A stretch of 64,000 bases of DNA, from IMG/VR virus record IMGVR_UViG_3300025844_000016. One strand, given 5' to 3'. The position numbers and the translations under genes are program-made. The number at the start of each line of letters is the position of its first letter. The stretch's first letter is position 1. The notes under the pieces were generated by a model, which made no database searches, had not been told where the DNA came from, and saw nothing but the letters and a program-made list of their open reading frames with translations. This DNA is from an uncultured virus (IMG/VR IMGVR_UViG_3300025844_000016). Lineage: Duplodnaviria; Heunggongvirae; Uroviricota; Caudoviricetes. Positions 8,425 to 19,187 of the stretch are shown in pieces.

Positions 8425-11400
8425 ATGGATACCCATGGCATGAAGTTTGTCGTTGACACGACTGGAGTCGCGAAGGGTTTTCGCGACTACAAGTCGGCTG
8501 TCGATGGCATCTTCGCTTCCCTGACCAAGTTCGAAGCCCACGTCGATAAGACGATGAAGGGGGTTGCTAAGGCTTCGGCTAACCCACAAGCACTCAACGC
8601 ATTCAAGAAGGCCGTCAGCGCCTTTGCGAAGGTAGACATCGACACGTCGGCAGCCCGCAAGCTGTCGGCGCTGTCGGCTGCCATGCAGGGCTTTAAGGCC
8701 CCCTCCAGCGCCCAGACAGCAAACACCAAGCGCTTCTTCAATGTTCTGGGTAACTCGCTCCCAGACCTGACTAACGCATACCGTTCGATCAAGATGCTGA
8801 ACGACTTGAAGACCGCGCTGGCGGGCTTCAAGGCACCACCGGCTGGGGCTTCCAAAAATCTCACGGCGTTCGCCAATGCAATGCGGACCGCCGCGCCGGC
8901 TTTCAATAGCCTCAAGAGCGTGTCTGGCACAGCGCGGGTCGCTAATGAACTGGCGCTGCTCGGCGCTGCATTCCAAAATCTCCGAGTCCCTACCGCTGGT
9001 CAGGTTACCAACCTTGGTAATTTTGCCCTTGCAATGCGCTCCTTAAACTTCTCCAACCTTCAAGGTTCGGGGAACTTTTATGCTGCGCTGGCCGCGATCG
9101 GAAACTTCCGGGCCCCAACAGCAGCACAGATTCGTAACCTCCAGTCGTTCGTAACGGCTGTTGCCAACATGCGTGTTCCCCAGAACGCGGATGCGGTCGC
9201 AGCCGCACTGGCTCGGATCGCAGGGGCGGTCGGTCGGGCAAGTGACGCGATGCGAGGTCTTCGCGGCAATGTAGGCAGCCTCGGTAACAGCCTCGGTAAC
9301 TTGGGAGGACAGGCACGCGGCGCTTCGATCCAGATGATGGGTCTCCAGAACGCTTTCTCTGGCACGTTCCAAGTGGGCTCTGTTTTGCGTTCGCTTCTGG
9401 GATCGCTGACCATTGCTGAGCTTGGTCGCAACTTCTTTGAAGCGACCAACGCAGCTATCCAATTCAAGGCACAGATGGGCGTCCTGAACAAGGACCTTCA
9501 ATTCGCCGACGCTCAGATGACCTATGTCCGAAACACAGCCAATGCTTTCGGAACGGACATGCTTGCGGCGGCCACCGGCTTCGCCAAGGTCAGCATCGCG
9601 GCTGATAAATCCAACATGACCGTCATGCAGACGCGTCACATCTTCGAAGGTCTGTCCACCGCCATGACGGTTCTGGGCACGACCACTGCTGGGCAGGGCG
9701 ATGTGTGGTTGGCTCTGCAACAGGTCATGAACAAGGGCTATCTGTCGGCCGAAGAACTCAACCAGCAGCTTAACGAAAAGCTGCCGGGTGCGATGGCTTA
9801 TGCTACCGAGTATGCCAACAGCCTCGGACTGTCTCTGGAAAAGGGTTTGAAGACCAAGGCGCTGGATGCCGCTGGTGTGCTTGCCCATATTGCACAGCGG
9901 ATGAAGGAAGACTTCGGTCCTTCTGTGGCTGCTGCTTTGATGCGCCCGGCCGCACAGATGAATATCCTGCGTAACAACATCGATCAGTTGTTCATCGCCA
10001 TCGGCGAGAACGGCGGTAACGACGCGTTCGCAAACCTGCTCGCGAAGATCAACGAGCGGATGAAGCCCGAAGACATCGAACGCTATGCAGTAGCGATCGG
10101 TGAGGGCCTGAAAAACGCGGTCGATAGTCTGTCGGCGGCCTTCGATTGGTTGTATCAGAACTGGGATTCGATCAAGGGCCCGCTTTCGGCAACCCTGGAA
10201 CTCCTCGGTAAGTGGATGATTGTATCCAGCGCCCTCCAGATTGGCCGCTTTATCGTTCAGCCGCTGATGGCTATCGGACCGGCATTAGGTGGTTTACGGA
10301 CCGCTGGGGCCCTTCTGGGTGTGACCTTCGCAACAAGCGCCCGTGCTGCTGTCGGTGCCATGGCGGGCCTGACAGGCAGCGCTAGAGCCGCTGCTGTGTC
10401 GATGCTCCAGTTCCGTGCATCTCTGGCTGCTACGATCGTAGCTATGCGCGGTGCTACTGTGAGCGTCGCCGGTCTGCGTGCGGCTATGCTGGCATTGGCG
10501 ACCACCGGTATCGCCGGGGCTGTCGCCGGCCTGCGTGGGCTGGTTGCCTTGCTTGGTGGTCCGCTCCTGCTTACACTGGCGGCTGTTGGTTACAGCATCT
10601 ACCGGGTGGTGGATGCTTGGGACTCGCACAAAAGAACGCTCGAAGAGGCGAACGTCACGATCGACAAGAACAGAAAGTTGATCGATGAAACACGCACTTC
10701 TTTAGCATTCGGCAGCACGGCAACCGACACCGCGACGGGTGCGACCAACCTCTATGGTATCTCGATGGACACTGCACGCGGGTTCATGGAGCGATTCCGC
10801 CAGAAGGCCGATGAAGCAACCAACGGGTTGTTCTCGATGGCATTACAGGCGCGTCAAACCCGCGTCGAGATGTTGAAGTTGGCGCAAGCCGACATCACCA
10901 AGAAGCTGTCCAGCCTGCAAACCAACTCCGTCCGGGAGCTTGGTCAGTTGGCTGATCAACAGTTCGCGAAGGGTAACTATTTCACCGGTGCTGGAGCCAA
11001 GCTTTACCAAGGTATGCAGGGTCTCCGCAACATCGGTGACCGTGCGCGTGAAAAGGATGTCAACGAAGGGATTGACCGACTCAAAGCACAGCGGGACGAA
11101 CTGGCTGCGCTGCAAAAAGAGGTAGAATCGGAATCTCTCGACACCGGTATGGACAGACTCCGAGCCCAAGGGTTCGGTGGTAAGCCGCCGCGTGCGTCCA
11201 CGCCGACCGAAGCTGGTAGCGGTGGTGGTTCTTCGGGCGTCAACAAGGCAGCCCGCGAAGCTGAGCGTCTGGCTAACTCGGTAGACCAGATCATGGGAAC
11301 CTTGATGGAGAACGACCCGATCGGGAAGCTCTATCAGGACTTTGTTGAAACTCTCGGTGATCAGGCTAGAGTCCTGCTCAACGATAAGGGTTACGAACAG

Positions 11401-13197
11401 TTCGTTGCCAACGTCAAGGCGCAGAACAAGGACGGTGTGGTTTCGGTCGAGTCACTGATTTCGGTGATGAAGGCCAGTGGAACCACCTCGGCCGGTGCTT
11501 TGAAGCTGATCGAAGACAAGTATGGTAAGACCAGCGACCAAATCGTAAACCTGCTCAAAGAACAGCAGGCGGCGTTGGAAGAAGCTTACACCGACGCGGC
11601 TATCAAGGAATTGGATAAGTCCTTCCGTTCGCTGTCGCGTGGTATTTCCATGGTTGGGGATAGCATCCCCGCTGTGGCTGAATTGGGTGCTAACCTTCAA
11701 ACTATTGAAGGTCTGGCTCGCTTTGTCATGCCTGCCAATGAGGGCTTTGTTAAGTTCCTCAGCGACGTTCGTTCAGGTGCGCTTTCAGCAGCGGAAGCGA
11801 TGGATAAGCTGGAAGCCATCATGGCTGATCCAAACCAGCGTTCGGCAACCGCAAGCCAGTTTTTCGCTACTTCCAACACCAACCCGGCCGAAGTTGCGAA
11901 AGCAAATCGTGATCGCGTCGCGGCGAATGCAAACGCACGCGCCGAAGCTGAGTTGGATATGCAGTTCGGTGAACGACTGCTCCAGCAGCGCAACAACGAA
12001 ATCAAGCTCCTCCAGATGTCTTCGCAGGAGGCGGAAGCCTACACGACGGTAATGGAAGAAGTTAACCGGATGCGCGCTAAGAGCGGCCCGGTTTCTCAGG
12101 AGGTTATCAACAACCTCCTTGAGGAAGTTCGTGCGCAGCAGGCACTCGCTAACCAGATGCAGCGGAACAAGGAGTTCTTCGAGAACAACGGGGTTCGCAG
12201 CTACATCAACGACATCAAGAGCGTTGGTGAGTCGATCAACGAGTTGGACAAGAACGTCCTCCAGTCGTTGGAAGATCAGTTGTTCAGCCTCGGCACGACT
12301 GGGAAGTTCAGCTTCCAAGCTATCTTTGACACGCTCCAACAGGGCCTGATTCGTTTCGCTTCCCAGAACATCCTCAAGGAAGGGCTGGGCAAGCTGTTCG
12401 GCGGGGATCAATTGGAGGGCGGAACCCCGAGCCTTCTGGGCGGCCTCTTCAAGGCGATGGGCTTTGAACACGAAGCTGGCACTACCGACCCACTCGGAAC
12501 TGCAAGACGCCCGATGCACGTCATCATCGATGGTGGCACCGGTAACTTGATCAGAAAAACCGGTGAAGTCATCATGGAAACTGGTGGCACCCCTGAGGAA
12601 GCTGTTGGCAACGCTGTGAACAGCTTGATCAGCGGAACCAATCAGGTCGGACAGATCATCCGTGACCAGTGGGGTAACGAAGTCAAGGGCATTGGTGGTA
12701 TCCTCGGCCAGATCGCCGGGAGCTTGATGGGCGGAGGTGCTGGTGGTGGCGCTGGTGGCATCCTTGGAAGTCTGCTCAACATCGGCATGTCGGCACTTGG
12801 CGGCGGCGCGGGTCCTCTTGCTTCTCTGGCAGGTAGCGCGGCTCAGACGATCGCAGCAAATCCGGGCATCTTCAAGGAAGGTGGTTTTCCGGGATCGCCG
12901 GTGGCGCGGGCTTCGGTCCACCCGTCGGCATTCACCAACGCCCCGCATTATGCGGAAGGCACGCCGAACACCAGCGGCGGTCACCCGGCTATTCTGCACG
13001 ACAATGAAGCGGTGATCCCTCTCAGCCGTGGCCGCAAGGTTGCTGTTGAGATGAACGGGGGAAGCCGTGGGCAGACGATCAACAACAACTTCATGATCAA
13101 CAGCCCAGATGCGAACTCGTTCCGTAAGAGCGAAACTCAGATCGCGACCAAGATGCACATGCAAGCCGGCCGCGCCTACCGCCGCAACCACGGCTAA
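8425..13197 (+). CDS. Tail tape measure protein
   Basis: 1590 aa, Ala/Gly-rich helical; tape-measure motif (ALQQVMNKGYLSAEELNQQLNEKLPG); follows chaperones. Confidence 0.92.
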   Translation: MDTHGMKFVVDTTGVAKGFRDYKSAVDGIFASLTKFEAHVDKTMKGVAKASANPQALNAFKKAVSAFAKVDIDTSAARKLSALSAAMQGFKAPSSAQTANTKRFFNVLGNSLPDLTNAYRSIKMLNDLKTALAGFKAPPAGASKNLTAFANAMRTAAPAFNSLKSVSGTARVANELALLGAAFQNLRVPTAGQVTNLGNFALAMRSLNFSNLQGSGNFYAALAAIGNFRAPTAAQIRNLQSFVTAVANMRVPQNADAVAAALARIAGAVGRASDAMRGLRGNVGSLGNSLGNLGGQARGASIQMMGLQNAFSGTFQVGSVLRSLLGSLTIAELGRNFFEATNAAIQFKAQMGVLNKDLQFADAQMTYVRNTANAFGTDMLAAATGFAKVSIAADKSNMTVMQTRHIFEGLSTAMTVLGTTTAGQGDVWLALQQVMNKGYLSAEELNQQLNEKLPGAMAYATEYANSLGLSLEKGLKTKALDAAGVLAHIAQRMKEDFGPSVAAALMRPAAQMNILRNNIDQLFIAIGENGGNDAFANLLAKINERMKPEDIERYAVAIGEGLKNAVDSLSAAFDWLYQNWDSIKGPLSATLELLGKWMIVSSALQIGRFIVQPLMAIGPALGGLRTAGALLGVTFATSARAAVGAMAGLTGSARAAAVSMLQFRASLAATIVAMRGATVSVAGLRAAMLALATTGIAGAVAGLRGLVALLGGPLLLTLAAVGYSIYRVVDAWDSHKRTLEEANVTIDKNRKLIDETRTSLAFGSTATDTATGATNLYGISMDTARGFMERFRQKADEATNGLFSMALQARQTRVEMLKLAQADITKKLSSLQTNSVRELGQLADQQFAKGNYFTGAGAKLYQGMQGLRNIGDRAREKDVNEGIDRLKAQRDELAALQKEVESESLDTGMDRLRAQGFGGKPPRASTPTEAGSGGGSSGVNKAAREAERLANSVDQIMGTLMENDPIGKLYQDFVETLGDQARVLLNDKGYEQFVANVKAQNKDGVVSVESLISVMKASGTTSAGALKLIEDKYGKTSDQIVNLLKEQQAALEEAYTDAAIKELDKSFRSLSRGISMVGDSIPAVAELGANLQTIEGLARFVMPANEGFVKFLSDVRSGALSAAEAMDKLEAIMADPNQRSATASQFFATSNTNPAEVAKANRDRVAANANARAEAELDMQFGERLLQQRNNEIKLLQMSSQEAEAYTTVMEEVNRMRAKSGPVSQEVINNLLEEVRAQQALANQMQRNKEFFENNGVRSYINDIKSVGESINELDKNVLQSLEDQLFSLGTTGKFSFQAIFDTLQQGLIRFASQNILKEGLGKLFGGDQLEGGTPSLLGGLFKAMGFEHEAGTTDPLGTARRPMHVIIDGGTGNLIRKTGEVIMETGGTPEEAVGNAVNSLISGTNQVGQIIRDQWGNEVKGIGGILGQIAGSLMGGGAGGGAGGILGSLLNIGMSALGGGAGPLASLAGSAAQTIAANPGIFKEGGFPGSPVARASVHPSAFTNAPHYAEGTPNTSGGHPAILHDNEAVIPLSRGRKVAVEMNGGSRGQTINNNFMINSPDANSFRKSETQIATKMHMQAGRAYRRNHG

Positions 13198-13204
13198 TTT
13201 TCCC

Positions 13205-13243
13205 TTGACAGTCACCGCTATTTTGAATAGACGGTGACTGTCA
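13205..13243 (+). promoter_or_regulatory. Promoter with conserved box inside a 12-bp perfect inverted repeat
   Basis: TTGACA 13205-13210, spacer gtcaccgctattttgaa, TAGACG; tgacagtcaccg (13206-13217) pairs with cggtgactgtca (13232-13243). Confidence 0.6.
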
Positions 13244-13255
13244 GAAGGACCCTCT

Positions 13256-13858
13256 ATGGAAATTGCAAACTTTCACGATGTCCGATTCCCGGAGGACATC
13301 AGCTACGGCTCGTCCGGCGGACCGGGATTCAATACCAGCGTCATCGATCTGGCATCCGGACACGAACAACGGAACATCAACTGGTCCTTGGCCCGCGCCA
13401 AGTATGACGCCTCTTACGGCGTCAAGACCCGCGAGCAGATGGAGGAAGTGCTTGACTTCTTCTATGCGCGCCGGGGTAAGGCTTATGGCTTCCGGTTCAA
13501 AGACTGGATGGATTTCGTTCTTGATCGTCAGGCGATCGGGGTAGCCGGCGGCACAAACACGCTCCAAGTTTTCAAGCGTTACGAGCCACTAACCAGTTAT
13601 TTTTACGATCGCCCGATCATGAAGATCGTTCCGGGGACGGTGCAGGTGTGGGCAAATGGCGTCGAACTCTCACCGCTGCTGGTTAACACTGGAACCGGTC
13701 TCGTCAACACGACCACTTACGCTGGTCAGACATTCGAAGTTGCCTGTGAGTTCGATGTCCCGGTTCGTTTCGACACCGACGAAATCAACATCACCCACGA
13801 CGACTGGGAATTGATGTCGTGGCCTTCCATCCCCCTCATCGAACTGCGTCCGCGATAA
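13256..13858 (+). CDS. Distal tail protein (DUF2460 / GTA-like)
   Basis: FHDVRFPEDISYGSSGGPGFNT, FFYARRGKAYGFRFKDW.D, EFDVPVRFDTD motifs. Confidence 0.88.
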   Translation: MEIANFHDVRFPEDISYGSSGGPGFNTSVIDLASGHEQRNINWSLARAKYDASYGVKTREQMEEVLDFFYARRGKAYGFRFKDWMDFVLDRQAIGVAGGTNTLQVFKRYEPLTSYFYDRPIMKIVPGTVQVWANGVELSPLLVNTGTGLVNTTTYAGQTFEVACEFDVPVRFDTDEINITHDDWELMSWPSIPLIELRPR

Positions 13859-13861
13859 GCC

Positions 13862-14716
13862 ATGAAATCCATCAGCATTGAACTTTCAAACCATCTGGAT
13901 GGCGAGGTCACCACCTTGGCATCATGCTGGCGCGTGGTTCGACGCGACGGCCGTGAGTTCTACTTCACTGACCATGACCAAGACATCGTGTTCGAGGGTA
14001 ACACCTACGAAGCGGAATCGAGCTACGACCGAACGGCGGTAGCAAACGGTTCGGACATGAGCGTCGATAACATGGACGTTGCCGGTATTCTCGATTCCGA
14101 GAAGATTAGCGAAGAGGACATGCGCAACGGTCTCTTCAACCGGGCTGATGTCTACGTCTTCATCGTCAACTGGCAACACCCGGAATATGGCCCACTCAAG
14201 GTCCGTCGGGGATGGTTTGGCGAAGTGACGATCACCGATACCGGGATGTTCACTACCGAAATTCGTGGTCTGGCACAGGCTCTGTCGCACAACTTCATCG
14301 AAGTCTATGCGGCCGAATGCCGGGCCGACTTCTGCGATTTCAGATGCAAGCTCAACATCGAAGATTACGAAATCCCGACGACCGTCTTGGTTGCCTTTCA
14401 GCGGGACTCCTTCGTTCTCCCGGTCAATTTTGTGCCGCCTTCGCAAGGACTAGCGCCGGGCACTGTTCGTTTCGTCGATGGACCGAATGCCGGACGAACA
14501 GTTGAGATCACAGGATACAACACTGACACCCGCACCGTCGAACTGTTCGAAAGCGTGGCTTACGAAATCACGACCGGGACAGCGATCGTGGTTGCTCCCG
14601 GTTGCGACGGATCGCTTGAGCGGTGCAAGCTCTACAACAATGTCATCAACCGCCGCGCCGAGGATTACGTCCCCGGCAACGACGAACTCATGAAGTATCC
14701 CGATGCCAAACAGTGA
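13862..14716 (+). CDS. Baseplate hub protein (DUF2163 / GTA-like)
   Basis: CWRVVRRDG..YFTDHD, CRADFCD..C, APGCD.S...C..YNNVIN motifs. Confidence 0.85.
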   Translation: MKSISIELSNHLDGEVTTLASCWRVVRRDGREFYFTDHDQDIVFEGNTYEAESSYDRTAVANGSDMSVDNMDVAGILDSEKISEEDMRNGLFNRADVYVFIVNWQHPEYGPLKVRRGWFGEVTITDTGMFTTEIRGLAQALSHNFIEVYAAECRADFCDFRCKLNIEDYEIPTTVLVAFQRDSFVLPVNFVPPSQGLAPGTVRFVDGPNAGRTVEITGYNTDTRTVELFESVAYEITTGTAIVVAPGCDGSLERCKLYNNVINRRAEDYVPGNDELMKYPDAKQ

Positions 14717-15119
14717 CGATTTTATCGCAGCAGCCCGTTCCTACATGGGGGTAAAATGGCGACATCAGGGACGAAATCGATTGGGAGTAGATTGTGTCGG
14801 TCTGGTCCTTTGCAGTCTGGCTGATCTGGGAATCCCAGCACCGGACATGCAGGGATACCGGAGAACACCTGATCCGATCTTCGTCGAGCATATCCGAAAC
14901 AATTCATTACCAGCCGAAAGCACAGCGCCCGGAACTCTCGGTATCTTCCGAGATGGAACCCAGCCGTGTCACGTTGGTATCTTCGCAACCATGCACGGTC
15001 AAACTTCGCTGATCCACGCTTATGCTGGAACCGGGATCGTCATGGAAGAAGTCTTCATCCACGACTGGCCGAACAAGCTGGTTGAGGTCCGTGCATTCAA
15101 AGGACTTGAATACATCTAA
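14703..15119 (+). CDS. NlpC/P60 family tail-associated peptidase
   Basis: ARSYMGVKWRHQGR..GVDCVGLV catalytic Cys; HVGI and IHAY His residues. Confidence 0.88.
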   Translation: MPNSDDFIAAARSYMGVKWRHQGRNRLGVDCVGLVLCSLADLGIPAPDMQGYRRTPDPIFVEHIRNNSLPAESTAPGTLGIFRDGTQPCHVGIFATMHGQTSLIHAYAGTGIVMEEVFIHDWPNKLVEVRAFKGLEYI

Positions 15120-18100
15120 TGGGACAACTCGCGACCACCATTGCTGGCGGCGTCATCGGCTTTGCAATCGGCGGGCCCTTCGGGGCTCAGGTCGGGATGA
15201 TGCTTGGCGGCATGATCGGTGCCACTTTGTTTGGTCCGACGGTCCATGGCCCGCGCCTCAACGACCTCAAGGTCACAGCCTCAACATATGGGGTCGCGAT
15301 ACCTGAAATCTACGGGACCGTCCGGGTGGGTGGAAACCTCATCTGGACCAGCGGCATCCGCGAAACCAAGAAGTCTTCGCGCCCCGGTAAGGGCGGACCG
15401 AAGCAGACAACCTATTCCTACGATGCCACTTTCGCCATGGGCTTGTGTAAAGGGGAAGTGGGAGAGATTTTGCGTATCTGGGCTGACAGCAAGATCATCT
15501 ACGACAAAACCGGAGGGACGACCAGAACGCCGGCACCGAGCGGCGGTAGTGTCTTCCAGACCTTGTTCGTGGAAATCCTCAACGCAAAGAAAAAGAAGAA
15601 GCGGATCAACCTTCGTCTCTACCGTGGCGACGAAAACCAACTTCCCGATTCTCTCATCGAAGCAGACAAGGGCGTGGGCAACGTTTCGGCTCACCGTGGG
15701 TTGGCTTATGTCGTGTTCGAACGACTGGAGTTGGAGAACTTCGGTAATCGCATTCCTCAGATGACCTTCGAGGTTACCAAGGCGAGAACGCGTGGGTTGT
15801 CTGCCCTTCCCGTGCGTGATCGCAGCGGCGTCGTCGAGGACACTGCAAACCGCGATTGGCTCCCAGACTTTGCGTCCGGGCGTTTGCTCAGCTTCGACAG
15901 AAGCGGGGGTGGCACCAAGCTCTACAACACAGCGGACAACACCTTGATTGCAGAAGACGAGTCGATGGACTTCGATCTGAGCGACAAGTCCTACAGTCTG
16001 GTTGATGGTCAAAACGGATTGCTGGTTGCCAACTTCCCCAGCGGGGTAGGTTTCTCCTATTACAACACTGCGATTCTGACAAAGATCAAGGAATACAATT
16101 CCTCCACCGGAACTTCCAACATTTGGGACCCGGAGGAGCAGGATATAACACTGGCAACGAATGGCAAGATCGGACACGGCCGATTTGTGTCAGGAACGTC
16201 AGGCGGCCTGCACGTCGTCCATACCGACACGACCGGCAAGACTTTCTTGATGGACAGCGAAGGCCGTCTGCTCAACGAGGTCGATGCTCCGTTCCAGCCA
16301 GACGTATTCCTCGAAGGACGACGTGACGCGCCCAACTCGCAGATCATCGGTTGGCGGTTTGCCAACGATCGCCTCGAAATGTTCGAGGTCAAGATCGGAT
16401 CATCCGCGAACTATACCACCATATCTGATGGCGCGACCACGACGTGGGTTCCTCAAGAAGACTTTGAGTTGAAAACCATCAACCTCAAACCATACCCCGA
16501 TGAGAAATTCCAGCCGCTGGTTCTGGTCTATGATCCAACCGATGATCACTTCTTCTGTCTGGGTGTCGATCCTGACAAATACAATGACATGGGTTCGTTC
16601 GGCAACGGCGGCGGCGTCATCGTGTTCAAATACTCGATGGCGACCGAGACCTACAAGTTTCTGGTTAGACACGCTGGCACGCCTGTCCCTCGTGGCCTGA
16701 CGCAGAACATGCGCGCCTCTAGGGTCGCCGGTGGCACATTCGGATGGGTAGGTAAACCGGTTGTTGGGGCTCCCACAGTCAATCAAGTGAGTCTGCAAAC
16801 CGGCGGCCTTGAAAATCTCTTTGAGGCACAGGACGATTTTGGCTCCGGCTTGACCGGCGACGGGGACCAGTATTGGGATGATGAAACGGACAGCATCTTC
16901 GCCGACAGGATCGTCGGAGGGGAAACGAATAGCTACCGACTGCGCGTGAGTGACAGCGTGTCACAGGTGACCGTTCCAGCTATTGTCGAGGACATCTGTC
17001 TCCGCACTGGTGTCTTGGCACCAGAAGACATTGACATCACTGAACTGGATGCCTCGCCTCTGGTCGGTTATTCTCTCGACCGGATGACCACGGCTCGCGA
17101 CGCCTTGAAGCAGATGGCTACAGCGTTTCTGTTTGACGGCTACGAAAGTGACTACAAGCTCAAGTTCCGCTCGCGGGGCGGGGATTCGGTTGTCAACATC
17201 CCGGAAGACTGGATGGTCCGGGAAGGCGAGGATGGTGTCATCAAAGAGACCATCACGCAAGAGCTTGAAATGCCGGTTCGGATCAGCGTCAACTATTACG
17301 ACATTGCTCGCGATCACCAGCAGAACAGCCAGACCGCGAAGCGCAAGGTTGCCCCTTACCCGACCATGTGGACGGCCAAGGAAGACTTGATCGACCTGCC
17401 CATCACATGGGACGCGGACTCGGCCAAGCAGTGTGCAGACAAGTTGCTCAAGATGGCGTGGGCAAATCGGATCGGTCATCAGTTCAGCTTGCCGTGGCGC
17501 TATCTGAAATATGATCCGACCGATGTCGTCACCATCACGATGGAAAACCAGACGACTTACAATCTGCGTCTGACCGAAGCGAACATCGGGTCCAGCTTTT
17601 CGATCGAGGCGATGGCGGTTAGCGAAGTTGCGACCGCTTATGTCTCGACCGCGACCGGGGCCCAGTCGCCGGCTCCTATCCAGACCGTTGAGGGTGATGG
17701 GACGGCCTTCCCGATCATCATGAATACACCGCTGCTGCGTGATGTCGATTACGACACCACTGGCTCCTCTATCTGCTACTTTTCGGCCGGCACCAATGAA
17801 GTCACCTTCAACGGGGCGGCAGTGTATATCGATGACGGTAGCGACTATCAGTCCGTTGGTGTCATCGATAGCCAGACGACCACAGGATACGTCGTAGAGG
17901 CTCTTCCGGATACGAATAGCTACGAAGCCACCGACGACACCACGGTCCTGAGGGTGCGGCTGTCCGATCCAAGCATGGAGCTTGAGTCGGTCACTCAGGA
18001 TGACATCCTGAATTTCGAAGCCAACTCGGCCTTGATCGGAAATGAAATCATCCAGTTTCGGGACGCAACACTGCTGCCGACCGGAGAGTGGGCGCTGACC

Positions 18101-18718
18101 GGCATCCTGCGTGCCCGTCGGGGCACCAACTACGCTGTGCTGGGCCACCAGCCGGGTGAGAACTTCCTGTTGGTCAACAGCCTCTCGACGGGAAAATTCT
18201 CTCGCCCGCCTGAGAGCTATGTGACAACTCGGTTGTTCAAGGCAGCCCCTGTTTCAGTGCCGTTGTCGGACGTGGTGCCTATCTCGGTGGACTTGATCCC
18301 GCGAGACCTCATGCCTTACACCCCTGAGGCGGTCAAGGTGACCGATGACGCCACTGATGTAGTGATCAGCGCCGAACGCCGCTCGCGTGTCACAGCGCCT
18401 CTCAGAGACGGTCTGGGCACCATTCACTACAAGGAAGGGGATATGCTCAGCGCCCGGATCGTTACCAAGGTCTGGTTCGGCAAGGGGTTGTCCGATGTGA
18501 ACACCGTCGGTGATCCAGACCTGACCTTGACAAACTATTTGTTCGACGCCGCCGGTCAAGACATCCCTGTGGAAGCAACCTTCCCTGTGGCTTCTCTGGG
18601 TGCCGAGGACATGATCCTGATCCAACTCGCAGAGATCGGTGAAGTGACAGGCACGCCCAAGTGGGTGCAAGCCATCCGAAATGGTCCAGCCGGGTGGGAC
18701 CTCCTCGAATTATATTGA
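15119..18718 (+). CDS. Central baseplate / tail spike protein (GTA megatron-like), copy 1
   Basis: 1199 aa; GPRLNDL..STYG..IPEIYGTVR, AHRGLAYVVFE.L.LE.FGNRIP, LRARRGT motifs. Confidence 0.85.
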   Translation: MGQLATTIAGGVIGFAIGGPFGAQVGMMLGGMIGATLFGPTVHGPRLNDLKVTASTYGVAIPEIYGTVRVGGNLIWTSGIRETKKSSRPGKGGPKQTTYSYDATFAMGLCKGEVGEILRIWADSKIIYDKTGGTTRTPAPSGGSVFQTLFVEILNAKKKKKRINLRLYRGDENQLPDSLIEADKGVGNVSAHRGLAYVVFERLELENFGNRIPQMTFEVTKARTRGLSALPVRDRSGVVEDTANRDWLPDFASGRLLSFDRSGGGTKLYNTADNTLIAEDESMDFDLSDKSYSLVDGQNGLLVANFPSGVGFSYYNTAILTKIKEYNSSTGTSNIWDPEEQDITLATNGKIGHGRFVSGTSGGLHVVHTDTTGKTFLMDSEGRLLNEVDAPFQPDVFLEGRRDAPNSQIIGWRFANDRLEMFEVKIGSSANYTTISDGATTTWVPQEDFELKTINLKPYPDEKFQPLVLVYDPTDDHFFCLGVDPDKYNDMGSFGNGGGVIVFKYSMATETYKFLVRHAGTPVPRGLTQNMRASRVAGGTFGWVGKPVVGAPTVNQVSLQTGGLENLFEAQDDFGSGLTGDGDQYWDDETDSIFADRIVGGETNSYRLRVSDSVSQVTVPAIVEDICLRTGVLAPEDIDITELDASPLVGYSLDRMTTARDALKQMATAFLFDGYESDYKLKFRSRGGDSVVNIPEDWMVREGEDGVIKETITQELEMPVRISVNYYDIARDHQQNSQTAKRKVAPYPTMWTAKEDLIDLPITWDADSAKQCADKLLKMAWANRIGHQFSLPWRYLKYDPTDVVTITMENQTTYNLRLTEANIGSSFSIEAMAVSEVATAYVSTATGAQSPAPIQTVEGDGTAFPIIMNTPLLRDVDYDTTGSSICYFSAGTNEVTFNGAAVYIDDGSDYQSVGVIDSQTTTGYVVEALPDTNSYEATDDTTVLRVRLSDPSMELESVTQDDILNFEANSALIGNEIIQFRDATLLPTGEWALTGILRARRGTNYAVLGHQPGENFLLVNSLSTGKFSRPPESYVTTRLFKAAPVSVPLSDVVPISVDLIPRDLMPYTPEAVKVTDDATDVVISAERRSRVTAPLRDGLGTIHYKEGDMLSARIVTKVWFGKGLSDVNTVGDPDLTLTNYLFDAAGQDIPVEATFPVASLGAEDMILIQLAEIGEVTGTPKWVQAIRNGPAGWDLLELY

Positions 18719-18743
18719 CAACCACCGCCATTTTCCCTATACA
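18715..18743 (+). promoter_or_regulatory. Sigma70-like promoter with conserved spacer box
   Basis: TTGACA (contains the upstream TGA stop) - accaccgccattttccc (17 nt) - TATACA. Confidence 0.7.
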
Positions 18744-18765
18744 CTCTCCTCATTTAGGATAGCCG

Positions 18766-19167
18766 ATGCCCAACACGCCGCTCCTCAACATCCCGCAGGT
18801 TTCGGCCTCTCAGAACAACAAAGAGATCACCATCAACGACTCGATCCTCGCATTGGAAAATGCGACGAATGCGAATCTGGATGTTTCCTTTACGAGCAGC
18901 AACGACGTTGTTCTGACCCAGACCCAAGCTACCCGAAACTTCATCTACACCGCGATCGACGCGACGGGAGTAAGCACTTTGCGATTCCCGAACACGATCG
19001 GTGCTGCGAACTTCAACCGGGTCGTCTGCGTCCGCAACACCAGCGGCGCTGTTCTGACTGTAAGCTTCGAGACCGGGGCTGGTGCTGCCGTGGAAATCCC
19101 GGACGGACAGGCCCGCTTGATTCTCGCTGTCAACGGGTTGGACATGATCGCGGTTTCTGCGCCTTAA
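18766..19167 (+). CDS. Stand-alone tail fibre anchor domain (DUF2793-like), paralog of the N-terminus of 22785..27476
   Basis: MPNTPLLNIPQVSASQNNKEITIND..ALENATNA closely matches MPSTPILGITQVSTSQNGKETTIND..ALENATNA. Confidence 0.75.
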   Translation: MPNTPLLNIPQVSASQNNKEITINDSILALENATNANLDVSFTSSNDVVLTQTQATRNFIYTAIDATGVSTLRFPNTIGAANFNRVVCVRNTSGAVLTVSFETGAGAAVEIPDGQARLILAVNGLDMIAVSAP

Positions 19168-19187
19168 TTATCAGATAGCCAAAACCC

